Positions 1 through 10,699 of a DNA stretch of 34,698 nt are shown in pieces. Under the pieces are notes generated by a model, which was not told the origin of the DNA, made no database searches, and saw only the letters and a list, made by a program, of their open reading frames with translations. This DNA comes from Octopus bimaculoides. Taxonomy: Eukaryota. Where the stretch lies: assembly GCF_001194135.2 (NCBI RefSeq), contig NC_068984.1, positions 53,240,355-53,275,052 on the forward strand, in the 5' to 3' direction. The position numbers and the translations under genes are program-made. Position 1 is the stretch's first letter; each line of letters begins with the position of its first letter.

Positions 1-759
1 AAGAAAAATAATAAGGGGGGGGGAGGTTCAGATTACATATAGTCCATCTGGACCAATGCAAGATTTGGATTGTCCGCGTTTAGCAGTTATTTCTAGCATA
101 TCAAGTGTGGGGTGGGGTGTGTAGGGAAGGGGGGGGTCCAACATTTTTTAAAGGGGGAATCGCATGACCGTGACATATAGAACACATTATCGAAAACGAA
201 AATCGTCAAAATTAAAAAATAAAAAAGTTACAGCCATTTTCCCTCAGTGTCTAATTCCAATGTCCACCAACCCTGTAGTTATGCCTTAATTTCAATGTCT
301 TACGAACATCTGTAAGAAAATAAATCGTCAGAGAAAATACGATGTATAGTTTCCGAAATATAACTACGTAGATATAATAGACTAAACTATGTATTAATAG
401 GATTTATAAATATTTTCTTTAAGCATATATATCTTGTTTATTGCCTTACCCTTATTGACATCGAAGGGTTTCAACAGTTGCTTTCAAGAGTTATATTATT
501 TTAATCAGCGCAAAAATCGATGCATGGAGAATTGTCACTTGACCTTGCAAGAAATGACAACCATAATCGATCTTTCGTTTAATGATTCAAAAAACGAAAC
601 CACTGAAATGAACGAATTGTTTACTTAGAAATGAAATAGGTTCAATAACAAAATGATAAAATGTAAAATACGAACTTTTGTAAACTATTTTCAATTTATT
701 TTATATTCAAAAGATAATGAACTAAAATAGAATTGGACAATACAGTTGAAAGCATTTAA

Positions 760-1450
760 CAAATCAGGTACTTAGCAACTCATTTAACAATTCAGAATGG
801 CAATAATGTTAGAGTACTTCGACCAGGCTCAAGGACACTCATAAGAGTGTTGCAGTGCACCATATCAAGAACCTAGTGGCCCTATTGATAATGACCACGA
901 TGGTATTTGAAGTGCATGAACTTCGATTCATCCATCTCTACGATTACACTGTTTCCGCACTCTGTACAAGATGGTCGATACACTGCATAGCAAATACATC
1001 TCTATAATAGTTATTACAGTTAACAATTGTTTCTCTACCAATCTGCTCCATATTAACAATTGTTTGTAGTCAGCTGCTGCCCACCAAAACATAAGCTCCA
1101 CCAGGTAATGCAGTAGGTTATGTAATTCAAAGAAAGAATTTTTTTTAATGCTTTGATAATGCCTGCAGACACAACGCATCCAAGCAATTCCATTTGAACC
1201 TGTCTGGCGATTCACCAAATACATTGGTTCATCACATCATTGAATTATGAAATAACCCCATCAATGCAAGGAAGTTAATTGTACTTTCAATGTTCGTCAT
1301 ATTAATACAAATATCCTGTACGAGATAATTCCTTTCAGTCAGCTCATCAGTGTTACTGATATCATCCACAGTTCTCACGTTCACTGTATCCAGTCAATTA
1401 GTCTTCTGCTTCAGAAATACAGTATATTGAATATTTAAACAATCGATGTA
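760..1450 (-). pseudogene. Decayed Merlin/IS1016-type (ISXO2-like) DDE transposase, copy 1
   Basis: Minus-strand translation gives NGIAWMRCVCRHYQSIKKNSFFE...LMFWWAA (the WRC..C...SIR..SFFE N-terminal motif of Merlin transposases). After frameshifts it gives VIVEMDESKFMHFKYHRGHYQ*GH*VL...TLLP (VE.DESKF..KY.RG and the WVL motif). Multiple stops; C-terminal half missing. Confidence 0.85.
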
Positions 1451-1940
1451 CATAAACGCCATGTTCTCTACCTTTTTTTTTCTTTCTTTCTTTTCTCCGC
1501 TTTCTCTTGCGTGGAAGCAATGACTGACCTTAGAGATGTGAAAAAGGAGAGTATAATAAAGAGGAGTAGATTAGATAGGCAAATGGACAAACGGTGGATT
1601 GACAGTAGGCGTGTCAACATGTGAAATATACAGTCACGCGAGTAAAAAGACATGAGAGATTAAAGAAAATGCGAGCAAAAAAAAAAAAAAAAATGCTGCA
1701 CGATCACTAGGAGAAGGATAGGGAAAGACAACTTTACAATGAAATTAAAAAGGTAATCTTAAAAAATATTTTTTGTGGGAGAGAGAGCCGGAAGTGAAAG
1801 AAAGAATTATAAAAGAAAAGAACAATGGATTAGATAGATAAATAGCTAGGTGGGAAGGTGACAGAGTGGAAGTGTCAGATGAGCACGACTTGGAGTAGAA
1901 GGGCCAAAAATTACTGACAAGTGACAAAAGCAAACCTCGC

Positions 1941-3144
1941 GGATCTTTTCAATCTAACCGACGGATTTTTAAAATTAATTTTTTAAACTTAACACTTTGA
2001 GACTTCGGATACTGATAGAATGTGTCACATAGAACAGGGCTTACTCTTAACGTTTTTGACAAAATTTTGTATTTTAGAAGTTATTTCGTGTTAAAGTTGT
2101 CTTTGGATAATTTTAATCAATCAATGACGTGTATTCAGCTGAAGAAATTTACTGCTGCTGTTTGCTGAGAAACCAAATCTTCCTGACAAAAAGAAAAATG
2201 AAATATCCGTCTTCAAGAAAAAAAAAATGCAAGTTTATATCATTTTATAATGTTCGCTTAGAAATTCATTACTTCTAGAAAAGAATAAGACAAAATGGTC
2301 ATGGCTGGAACGCCTTTTCCCACAGATCCATTACAATCAGAGCTATCCTGGGGTTAAAACAATATTCTTTACTGAATGATGAAGCAACTAAAGTTAAAGA
2401 AAAGTTGAAAGAACAAAAGATAGCAAGTATCCTAATTCCAAATATTGGGATTCCCTTATAAAATAATATGAACTTGCATTATTTTTGTTTCTTGAAGACG
2501 AAAATTTCATTTTCCTTTTTGTCAGGAAGATTTGCTTGCCCTTTCTAGCAACCAGGTAAAGGCTCTCTCATTGCCTCGTCTTGTTCCCTTCGTCACTTGT
2601 TGTTTAGTCCCGAGTTGGATCTGATTGAACAGACGTCCCAACTGTGACCATTCCGTCTTTCTACCCAGATATAATCGACTCTATGTGTATATCACAGGAT
2701 AGAGGTTTTTCTATTCTGTATATAAAAAAAGTTTGGCTACTTTTTCTAGCAGGTCATGCAACCACATACAGGCTCCATCGTTGGTCTGTCTCAGTAATAA
2801 TTTTGTTGTTATTTAGCCTCAAATCAACCCTGATACAGCAAACCTATGTTGCTATAAAAGCATCTCTGGTTATTAAAGAAGGCTTTTGTTAGGGGAGTGG
2901 ACCTGGATGTTGTAGTTCGCGAACAGCAGCAGTAATTTTCTTCAGCTGAATACACGTCATTGAATGGTTAAAATTACCCAAATACGACAACTTTAACACG
3001 AAATAACTTCTAAAATACAAAATTTTGTCCAAAACGTTCAGAGTAAACCCTGTTCTATGTGACGCATTCTATCAGTATCCAAAGTTTCAAAGTGTTTAGT
3101 CAAAAAAAATTTTTTTTAATTTGTTGGTCAGATTGAAAAGATTT
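1941..3144. mobile_element. Non-autonomous DNA transposon with ~220-bp terminal inverted repeats (Merlin-like GG terminus on the left)
   Basis: 1941-2165 (GGATCTTTTCAATCTAACCGAC...ACTGCTGCTG) is the imperfect reverse complement of ~2921-3142 (CAGCAGCAGT...GTTGGTCAGATTGAAAAGAT). No TSD found; the right end reads TT where CC is expected. Confidence 0.75.
2174..2534. repeat. Internal inverted repeat, ~77-bp arms, ~205-bp spacer, inside the 1941-3144 element
   Basis: CAAATCTTCCTGACAAAAAG...CATTTTATAA (2174-2250) versus TTATAAAATA...CTTTTTGTCAGGAAGATTTG (2457-2534). Confidence 0.8.
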
Positions 3145-3974
3145 TATAGTTTTTCAGTCTCATTGCTATGAAGGTATGATGCTGTGGAGACAAAAAAATT
3201 GGAGTAAAAAGTTACAGAGGTTTAAAAATCGGAAAAATTGTATATTTATAGCCAATAGCGAGACAGAAATTTTCTGCGTTTAGCGGAGCGGTATCAGCTT
3301 TAAGGTTGTATTCCGTGAAATTTATATAGTTTAGCGTCTGTAACATGACCTGTTCATTGTAGGTTTCTAAATAAACAGAAACACTTAATAAAATCAACAT
3401 GTATCATCTTACTGTTTCTTTTGTCTCTACATTGATTGTATTGTTTTTATTATTTTTTAAAATTTGTTATATTAATATATTTGTTTGCATGTGTTTACTT
3501 TATGCGTATTTCAGTATTATGTATACAACATTAATATATAAGTGCATGTGGATGTATGTATTCATTGCCACGCTTCTGTTGATTGGCTAAAATTACCCAA
3601 ATTTCCCAAATTTAATTCCAAATAATGTCAGATTCTTTAACTTACGAGATAAAGTAATTGGTTGATCGTAATCAAAATTCAGAGTTGCATCGCTACACCA
3701 AAATTGAAAGCAATCTGAGCAAAATTAAAAGGGACTCATTTTGCAAATGAAAAAGACCATAGCCTCATTTAGAATTTTTCAGTCAGTGACAGAATTAGAA
3801 TTCTACTTAAAAAAAAACAACCTGGATTGAGTAATTTGTGTTCTATAGTAGTAAAGCTTCAATTTTAAAGCAAACAGTGGCCGAAGAGATAAACTCTGGA
3901 CTTCGTTCTCTTTAATGATTTGTAGTAGGAATTCATTTAAAAGATAAAATAAATGATGGTTTCTAGTTTTGGCA

Positions 3975-4172
3975 GGGCCAGCGGTTTCTGAGGAGAACGA
4001 GAAGTTGATTACATTGACTCCAGTACTTGGCAGGTACATATTTTATCGCCCACGAGAGGATGATGAAAGGCAAAGTTGACCTCGGTAGAATTTGAATTCA
4101 GTACGTAACGACGGATAAAATACTGCCAAGCATTTTGTCCAGCGTGCTGACGGTTCTGTTACCTCATTGCTT
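3975..4172 (-). mobile_element. SINE family B copy (core GAGGTCGACTTTGCCTTTCATCC type)
   Basis: Plus strand carries AAAGTTGACCTCGG..GAATTTGAA.TCAG, shared with the copies at 4.2, 8.8-9.3 and 15.1 kb. The reverse complement has a tRNA-like head. Confidence 0.75.
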
Positions 4173-4194
4173 TAAAAGGTAAAGTAAACAACTC

Positions 4195-4382
4195 TTTCTA
4201 CTATATGCACAATGCCTGAAGTATGGTAGGAAGGAGGTTAGTCAATTATATTGACCCCTGTGCTCAACTGGGGTCAATATAAGTTGACCACGGCGATATT
4301 TCAATTCAGAAGATAGTCAGGCGAAATGTCACTGAGCATTTTGTTCGGCGTACTAACGATTCTTCCAACTCACCACCTTAAA
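4195..4382 (-). mobile_element. SINE family B copy (decayed)
   Basis: ATTGACCCCTGTGCTCAACTGG...AAGTTGACCACGG...GAGCATTTTG..CTAACGATTC matches the neighbouring copy. Confidence 0.7.
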
Positions 4383-4680
4383 GGTAAAAATAAACAATGA
4401 ATGGAAATTGTAAGAGCAGAAACTTCCTCAGTTGCTATAGCATTACTTTGCTTCACCCATTCAACCAAAGCAATAAAAATGCATGTAAGCGCAATTGTAA
4501 GTAATTTTAGACAAGCTCAGTTCTGTATAAGCAAAGCTTTGATGGTGCCCAGTTGTTCAGACAACGTGCTTGCAGAAGTGATTTTAATGTACTAATTTCA
4601 AAATTTTAAAAGATATCAGTTTCATTTTGTCACGCTAGCTGGCGCACAAGAATTTTTGTTTCTGGAAAAAATTTACTAGG

Positions 4681-5075
4681 TGCAGGAATGGGTGTGTAGT
4701 TAAGAAGCTCGCTTTGCAGCCACGTGGTTTCTGTTTCAGTCCCACTGCACAACGCTTTGGGTAAACAAATGTTTTCTGCTATCGCTCCAGGCCCACCAGT
4801 GTCTTGTGACTGAATTTGTGTGGAAGCCCATTATTTGTATATATATATTATATATATATGTGTGTGTGTGCCTTTGGGTTTGCTCTCTACCCCCGCTTGA
4901 CAACCAGTGCTGGTTTGTTTACGCCCTCGTAGCTTAGTGGTATGGCAAAAAAGACCGATAGAATAAGTATCAAACTTTTAGAAAATAAATACTGGTGTTA
5001 ATTTGTTCGGCCAAACTCTTCAAGTGGTGCCCCTGCATATCCACGGCCCAATTAATCGAAACAAATAAAATGATT
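4681..5075 (+). mobile_element. SINE family A (tRNA-derived head, CORE-like box, central (TA)/(TG) microsatellite)
   Basis: Same architecture as the 31935-32336 copy: head with TTCAGTCCCACTG, internal microsatellite, 3' block GACCGATAGAATAAGTA. Confidence 0.75.
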
Positions 5076-5257
5076 AAAAAAAAAAGATATTAGCAAATGT
5101 CAACGCAGTGCTTCATTATTTGAAACATGTAATTGAAATAATGTTTTATAAAAAAAAATACAAACTTAAGAGTTTTCAACTCAAATTACAAGGCAAAGTG
5201 AAGAATTTTTAATGATTTATTTGCAACGAATGCATAACTGCCCTTTTTATGATATGA

Positions 5258-5531
5258 TTTATTCGTCGCTACGCTGCGGGTAAAAATATTTGTTAATAAT
5301 TCACGTACCTTTTTTAACAGTAGACTGTTATATAGTGAAAATCTCATTAGTTACTATGGCGATAACAGTATACCTATCTATATTTCACACACACACTCTC
5401 TCTACCTCCCCTTTTACCTCTCCTTGTAAATACACCTTGTGACGTATATTTTGATTCCTCTCCTTCTTCCCCACTCTAATAGATGTTGTGACGGACAAAC
5501 AGAGATCCGCTTCTATTTTATAACATAAGAT
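5258..5531 (-). mobile_element. Possible non-autonomous Helitron-like element
   Basis: Minus strand begins A|TCTTATGTTATAAAATAGAAGCGGATCTCTGTTTGTCCGTC (TC start) and ends near a degenerate GC-rich hairpin TACCCGCAGCGTAGCGACG. No clear CTRR terminus. Confidence 0.4.
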
Positions 5532-5772
5532 TACCAAGCTGTATTTTAAAATTACTTTGGTCTTAATTTCTATAAATCATAAAGAGTAAAATATGTTTTG
5601 ATTTGTATATATTGTTAAATCTCTTCCAGCTATTTGAAGTATTTAAAATTTGCACCTGTATATTTTCAAAAACTGTAAATTTGATGTAGTTTTGCATTCT
5701 GATGATGAAAATCTCATTTTTTCCCTAGAAATCTATAAAGAAGTTACTATTATAATACAAATAACGTGTTTA

Positions 5773-5930
5773 TCTATATATATATAAAGCCGAAGTTGTG
5801 TGTCTGTGTGTAGCCTTTTTTTAAGTTTATAGAAATCCACATTTTCTACATTTTCATGAAAATTTTTACATCAATGGAATTTTCTCGATGTGAACTTTCC
5901 AGTGCAGTAATTAGCTTTTTAAAATTCTGT
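5773..5930 (+). mobile_element. Possible Helitron-like 5' end
   Basis: A|TCTATATATATATAAAGCCGAAGTTGTGTGTCTG is typical of non-autonomous Helitron 5' ends. The 3' end was not found. Confidence 0.35.
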
Positions 5931-6701
5931 TTACTTTGTGTGATTTAAGGGAGATTTGGCTTTTATTTCTAGCAACTTTTATATTTCTTCCATTCTATCT
6001 GTACCGTCATTCTTACACATCGATCACACTCTCAACATTTAATATAGACAGTAAGAATAAAAGAGGGAGAGAGAAAGTGATACATACAAAGTCATAGATT
6101 AACTTGGTTTAAGACTATTCTTCCCTTTCTATTCTTTCCTTCACTCTTACTTCGTTCTTCTTCCTCTCTCCCATTTAATAGCTTTCTTCTATCCCTTACT
6201 TCCAACTATCCATGTGACCTGGTCATCTGGGGCTTATCGCCATTTCTCTGCTTCGACCATTGTCTGTGCACATCTCGTTTTCCTCATTTCACTTTCTCAT
6301 TTCCTACACACGCCAGCATCACTTACTTCGTGAGGAATTAAAATACACCTGCTGTTGATATCCTGCTTTTTGTATGTATCTGTTCTCTGTTGTTATACGT
6401 CCTTCTTTCTGTTTACATTCGGTTCTTTCTTCCAAGGAATCTGGGGCTCTTAGCTTCCTTTTGCCAAAGTTGCAATGATAATTTGTAACTAGACTGAATA
6501 AGGAATACCCCGTTTCACTCGTTCATGTTTTCGTTACATTGTCTGTCTGCATGTTCAGCGTCCTTGTCTCCTCTTAGTATTTTTTACATATTTTTCATAA
6601 CATAGAAACATAAAAACACACACGACCACACATACATGATCTGTGACAACAACATACACATAAACACATACACAATTCAACATTATAGATATAAGATTTA
6701 G

Positions 6702-7016
6702 GGTACTACTAAAGTAGCGCGGACCCGAACGCACAGTCGCGCGTCCGTGCTAGCTAGTATTGAGTGGTCGATCCTAACCCTAACCCTATCCCTAACCCTA
6801 ACCCTGTCCCTAACCCTGTCCCTAACCCTAACCCTAACCCTAACCCTATCCCTAACCCTAACCCTAACCCTGTCCCTAACCCTAACCCTATCCCTAACCC
6901 TATCCCTAACCCGCGTGTGCAAATGAATACGTGTTTAGGGTTAGGATCGACCACTCACGACTAGCTAGCGCGGACGCGCGACTGCGCGTTCGGATCCGCG
7001 CTGCTTTAGTAGTACC
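6702..7016. mobile_element. 315-bp MITE (Merlin-type hallmarks) carrying a telomeric-repeat array
   Basis: 82-bp TIRs (6702-6783 and 6935-7016, 6 mismatches by eye), termini GGTACTACT...AGTAGTACC, exact 8-bp TSD AGATTTAG at 6694-6701 and 7017-7024. Confidence 0.95.
6773..6912. repeat. Interstitial telomere-like array (CCCTAA)n with CCCTAT and CCCTGT variants, about 23 hexamers
   Basis: Read directly from the sequence; the minus strand is TTAGGG/ATAGGG/ACAGGG. Confidence 0.97.
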
Positions 7017-7215
7017 AGATTTAGTTTGTGTGTTTCTTATATAAACACGCGCATGCATACCTATTTTATAACTGTCTTCTGTTCTCCCTTCCTCTCTTTC
7101 TCTCTCTTCATTGTTCCCGTTCTCTATTCCTTTCTCCCCCTCTCTCTCTCTTCCTCTCTCCCTCTTCTCTCTCAAACGCACACACAAGCATTCATTACAA
7201 TATAACTAGACTTAC

Positions 7216-7253
7216 CTTACTACATGTTCGTCAATGTTTTGTAAGTATACAAA
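7216..7253 (-). CDS. Candidate host exon (FVYLQNIDEHVV), product unknown
   Basis: tag|TTT...AG|gtaagt, a perfect donor consensus. Phase 0 start fits the 12218-12259 candidate. No homology recognised. Confidence 0.25.
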
Positions 7254-7367
7254 CTACGGAGCTTATGTAGACAGGACAACACATTGCAAATCAGTGGACT
7301 TCATTAGAAATGTGAAAACTACCTACCCTGTCATCTGTTATAACTTTTTGTTGTTCTGTTTAATATA

Positions 7368-7431
<64 letters not shown>

Positions 7432-7480
7432 ATACATACATACATATATATATATACACATACACACACACACATATATA
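7368..7480. repeat. Compound microsatellite (TATC)n-(TACA)/(TA)/(CA)
   Basis: Read directly from the sequence. Confidence 0.95.
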
Positions 7481-7481
7481 C

Positions 7482-7693
7482 AGTTATGAGGGAAAAAACT
7501 TGGATCTTGTGAATTTTCTGAAGTCCTCTCCCCACCCTTTGGAAAAGATTTTCTCCACAAATTACTTTAGAATCGTAATGTATGCCATTTGAAAGGTATT
7601 TCTATAAAATTTCATTGAAAAAACCCATTTTCCTAAAAGTTATGAGGGGAAAAACTCGGATCTAGTGAATTTTCCGAAGTCCTCTTCCCACTC
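7482..7693. repeat. Two ~56-bp direct repeats, 156-bp period
   Basis: AGTTATGAGGG.AAAAACT.GGATCT.GTGAATTTT..GAAGTCCTCT.CCCAC at 7482-7537 and 7638-7693. Confidence 0.8.
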
Positions 7694-8539
7694 TCCCGTT
7701 GCTTTGCGCGCATTTTTTTTTCATATTCGTTTCCTACACATTGTTTTACACCCATTTCAGTAATTTTTTGGATTTTCATTTCCGGGTCAAGATGTAAACA
7801 TTAACCTTGGTAAGCTAATGTTAGATATACAGCTTTATGTTTAATTCTTTTATTGGCTTCAACTTTTAAGCACATTCATAGCTCCTGGTCTTGACAATCA
7901 GTTCCTTGTGAACATTTTTATATGGCAATGCTGCTCACGTGATCCTCGGACTACATTCACTCCACCACACAGCAAGTCTGTTTAACTTGCCACAAAGATA
8001 ATTTTATATTAAGTGTTAAACTTCACTTCTTCACATTACAACACAGTTTTTACTATCTGCACTCTATATCCTGCTAAGAACAAGAGGGAGAAATATCTCA
8101 GCACTTAGCAATTGAAAAATAAACAGTAAGGTGAATACATGTGCATACTGAATGTGACTCACTCCACTATCTTAACGCTCACTGTAATAGAGAAAGAGAG
8201 AGAGAGTAGTAGTAGTAGTTTCCTCGCCAACCCATCCTTCCTTGCTATGATAGAACTTGATAAAGTAGCACGTGAAGAAATTGAGTCAACAAATACATGA
8301 AGGATTGGAAGAGTCTCCATGTGGTCGCTCAATCTACTAAAAATAGCAGACATTTCCCAAACTACCCTGTACCGCCTTTTAATTAAATGAAGGAGATATT
8401 GAATTGTGTAGTCCGAGATAAACTCTGCCTGAAATGGGATAGTAAATGATAGAATGCCTTTGATCAAAGGTCTGCTTGACCAGGGATGACTGAGGGGGCG
8501 ATGTGTTAACACCAACAACATAACAGCAATCAAAAACAC

Positions 8540-8754
8540 TGAGGGGAGCTGAAAAGTTCCTGGCTTCGGTTAGAAGAAAATACAGGAAGATCAGCTAATT
8601 ATGATTTTATTTGGTATATTCCCCTCTCAGATTCACACTCTTATTGCGGCGATCCTTCAGTTTTTCTAAGCTCTGTAAAAAATTCGGAAGGTTGGGCCTG
8701 CAGCCAGGCCTTTCGTGACACCCTTAAAGGCAGGAACCTTTTAGCACCCCCTCG
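8540..8754. mobile_element. ~215-bp mariner-type MITE
   Basis: Left TGAGGGGAGCTGAAAAGTTCCTGGCTT versus the reverse complement of the right end, CGAGGGGGTGCTAAAAGGTTCCTGCCTT. TA follows the right end (8755-8756). CGAGGGG termini are typical of mariner elements; the left TA is not preserved. Confidence 0.75.
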
Positions 8755-8834
8755 TAGTTTAACATTACCAAAATAAATTAAAAGCAAAAGGCAATAGATA
8801 TAATCTTTCATCTTTTCAACATCGCAAGTAGTAT

Positions 8835-9345
8835 TATCACTGAAACTGAAAGGATGAATAACAAAGTTGACCTCGGTGGACTTGGAACTCAGAACATGAA
8901 GACGGACGAAATGCTGCTACGCATCTTACCCGGCATGCCAGTTCGCCGCTTCAATAATAATTTTTTCTGCTTTAGGCACCACGCCTGAAATTTTGTTTGA
9001 GAAGACTAGTTGATTACATTGACCCCAGTGGTGAACTGGTACTTACTTTGTCGACCCAAAAGGATGAAAGCAAAGTTGACCTCGGCGTAATTTGAACTCA
9101 TAACGTAACGACAGACGAAATGCTGTTGAGCATTTTGCACGATGTGCAAACGATTCTATCAGCTCATCGCCTTAATATTGGTTTCAAAGTTTGGAACAAG
9201 GCCAGCGATTTCGGGAGAAGAGTTAAGTAGATTACATCGACCTCAGTATTTCACTGGTACTTAATTTATCGACCCTGAAAAGATGAAAGCCAAAGCCGAC
9301 CTTGGCGGAATTTGAACTCAGAATGTAAAGACGGACGAAATTCCG
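8835..9345 (-). mobile_element. Three consecutive SINE family B copies (about 8835-8955, 8965-9175, 9176-9345)
   Basis: The block GGATGAA.G/A.CAAAG..GACCT.GG.GG/TAA.TTGAACTCA.AA..T.A.GACG/AGACGAAAT occurs three times in the same orientation. Confidence 0.85.
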
Positions 9346-9389
9346 CACTTGGAAGAGGATGCGTGGCGTTATATCAGATACTATAAATA

Positions 9390-9427
<38 letters not shown>

Positions 9428-9515
9428 TTATATAAATATGGATAAGATCGATATTTAAACACCGATTTTATCAAGTGGCCAGCATGGGAATAAAAACCAT
9501 AAAAGGTAACAATTA

Positions 9516-9825
9516 NNNNNNNNNNNNNNNNNNNNNNNNNNNNNNNNNNNNNNNNNNNNNNNNNNNNNNNNNNNNNNNNNNNNNNNNNNNNNNNNNNNNN
9601 NNNNNNNNNNNNNNNNNNNNNNNNNNNNNNNNNNNNNNNNNNNNNNNNNNNNNNNNNNNNNNNNNNNNNNNNNNNNNNNNNNNNNNNNNNNNNNNNNNNN
9701 NNNNNNNNNNNNNNNNNNNNNNNNNNNNNNNNNNNNNNNNNNNNNNNNNNNNNNNNNNNNNNNNNNNNNNNNNNNNNNNNNNNNNNNNNNNNNNNNNNNN
9801 NNNNNNNNNNNNNNNNNNNNNNNNN
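9516..9825. other. Assembly gap (310 N)
   Basis: Run of N. Confidence 1.
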
Positions 9826-10496
9826 CATATATACATACGTATATGTACATACTTACATCTATACATATATATATATATATATATATGTATATGTGGGCAC
9901 AGGACGTCATGAAATATGTGCAACAAAAAAGTACGAAGCACGAGTACATGGAACATGAACTATTCTTTCGAAAGACACAAATGGAAAACAAAACAAACAA
10001 AGAACAACCCCTCATCAGTTGTTGGCTGTTTCTCTAGTCTCGTATTTCGAGCATTTAACAACAATATACGCTTTCAATAAAACAGTTATTCCCGCAAAGC
10101 AAATTGAATAAAATTTGGGATTTTGCGAAGGGTCAAAATAGGTAACACAAACAGGACAGTGAAAACAAACAGGAAGGGCTGCTAAACCTAAATGAGGTTG
10201 TGGAAGCTAGAACAGGAGACAAATAAGACCACGTCTTCCTTGTTCCAGCTACAACAGAGAGAAAGAAAGAAAGATAGTCGATCGCCACATGGGAGCTATG
10301 TGAGCAAGGGAGGAGGAGTGAGGGAGAGAGTGATAGAGTAATAGGATAGAATAGTGGGAGAAGAGGAGGTAAAAGAATAAGCAAGAGAAAAATGAAAGAG
10401 TAAAAAGATCGCATAGAGTGCGCATCAGAATTATTAAGATAAAACTTACTTGGAAGAGGATGCGTGGTGCTCAATCATATAATAATATAAATAATA

Positions 10497-10546
10497 TATA
10501 TATATATATGCATATATACATATATACATACGTATATATATATATA

Positions 10547-10583
<37 letters not shown>

Positions 10584-10590
10584 GTAAATA
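10497..10590. repeat. (TA)n/(TG)n microsatellite; similar tracts at 9391-9424, 9826-9892, 11072-11113 and 30199-30241
   Basis: Read directly from the sequence. Confidence 0.95.
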
Positions 10591-10650
10591 TATAAAAATA
10601 AAAAGATAAAGAGAGCAATGGTAAGGTTGGAGAAGTATTTTATGGATAGA

Positions 10651-10699
10651 GTCTTACAGCTGTTTCTGGGAAGATCCAGTACTTCCCTTCATCGGAGAC
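10651..10699 (-). ncRNA. Type I hammerhead ribozyme-like motif with variant core (HHR-1)
   Basis: Minus strand: GUCU-CCGAUGA-AGGGAAG-uacuggau-CUUCCCA-GAAAC-AGCU-GUA-AGAC. 4-bp stem I, 6-bp stem II, palindromic stem III ACAGCUGU. Deviations: U4C and an A.A pair at the base of stem II. Confidence 0.65.

Noticed and set aside
1341-1352. CTGATGAG on the minus strand as a hammerhead core
   Set aside because: No stem II or GAAAC arrangement; it lies within the transposase relic.
3149-3758. Possible further GG-ended element (right end reads GGTCTTTTTCATTTGC on the minus strand)
   Set aside because: No matching left TIR or TSD could be established.
6773-6945. Chromosome-fusion scar or true telomere
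   Set aside because: The orientation is CCCTAA then TTAGGG (a fusion gives the reverse), and the array is enclosed by TIRs and an 8-bp TSD.
6698-6964. ORFs encoding poly-(RV/RD), poly-(GL) and poly-(PN) peptides
   Set aside because: They are translations of the hexamer array inside the MITE, which has no stop codons in several frames.
8159-8539. 126-aa minus-strand ORF
   Set aside because: No recognisable motif, no good splice sites, and it ends in a microsatellite; possibly an old element fragment.
9232-10015. Long ORFs containing X runs (also 33346-33861)
   Set aside because: Artefacts of N gaps and (TA)n tracts.
9960-10040. CTGATGAGGGG on the minus strand (10008-10018) as a fourth hammerhead
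   Set aside because: The neighbouring GAAA motifs do not give a convincing stem II or III by eye; it may be a decayed PLE terminus.
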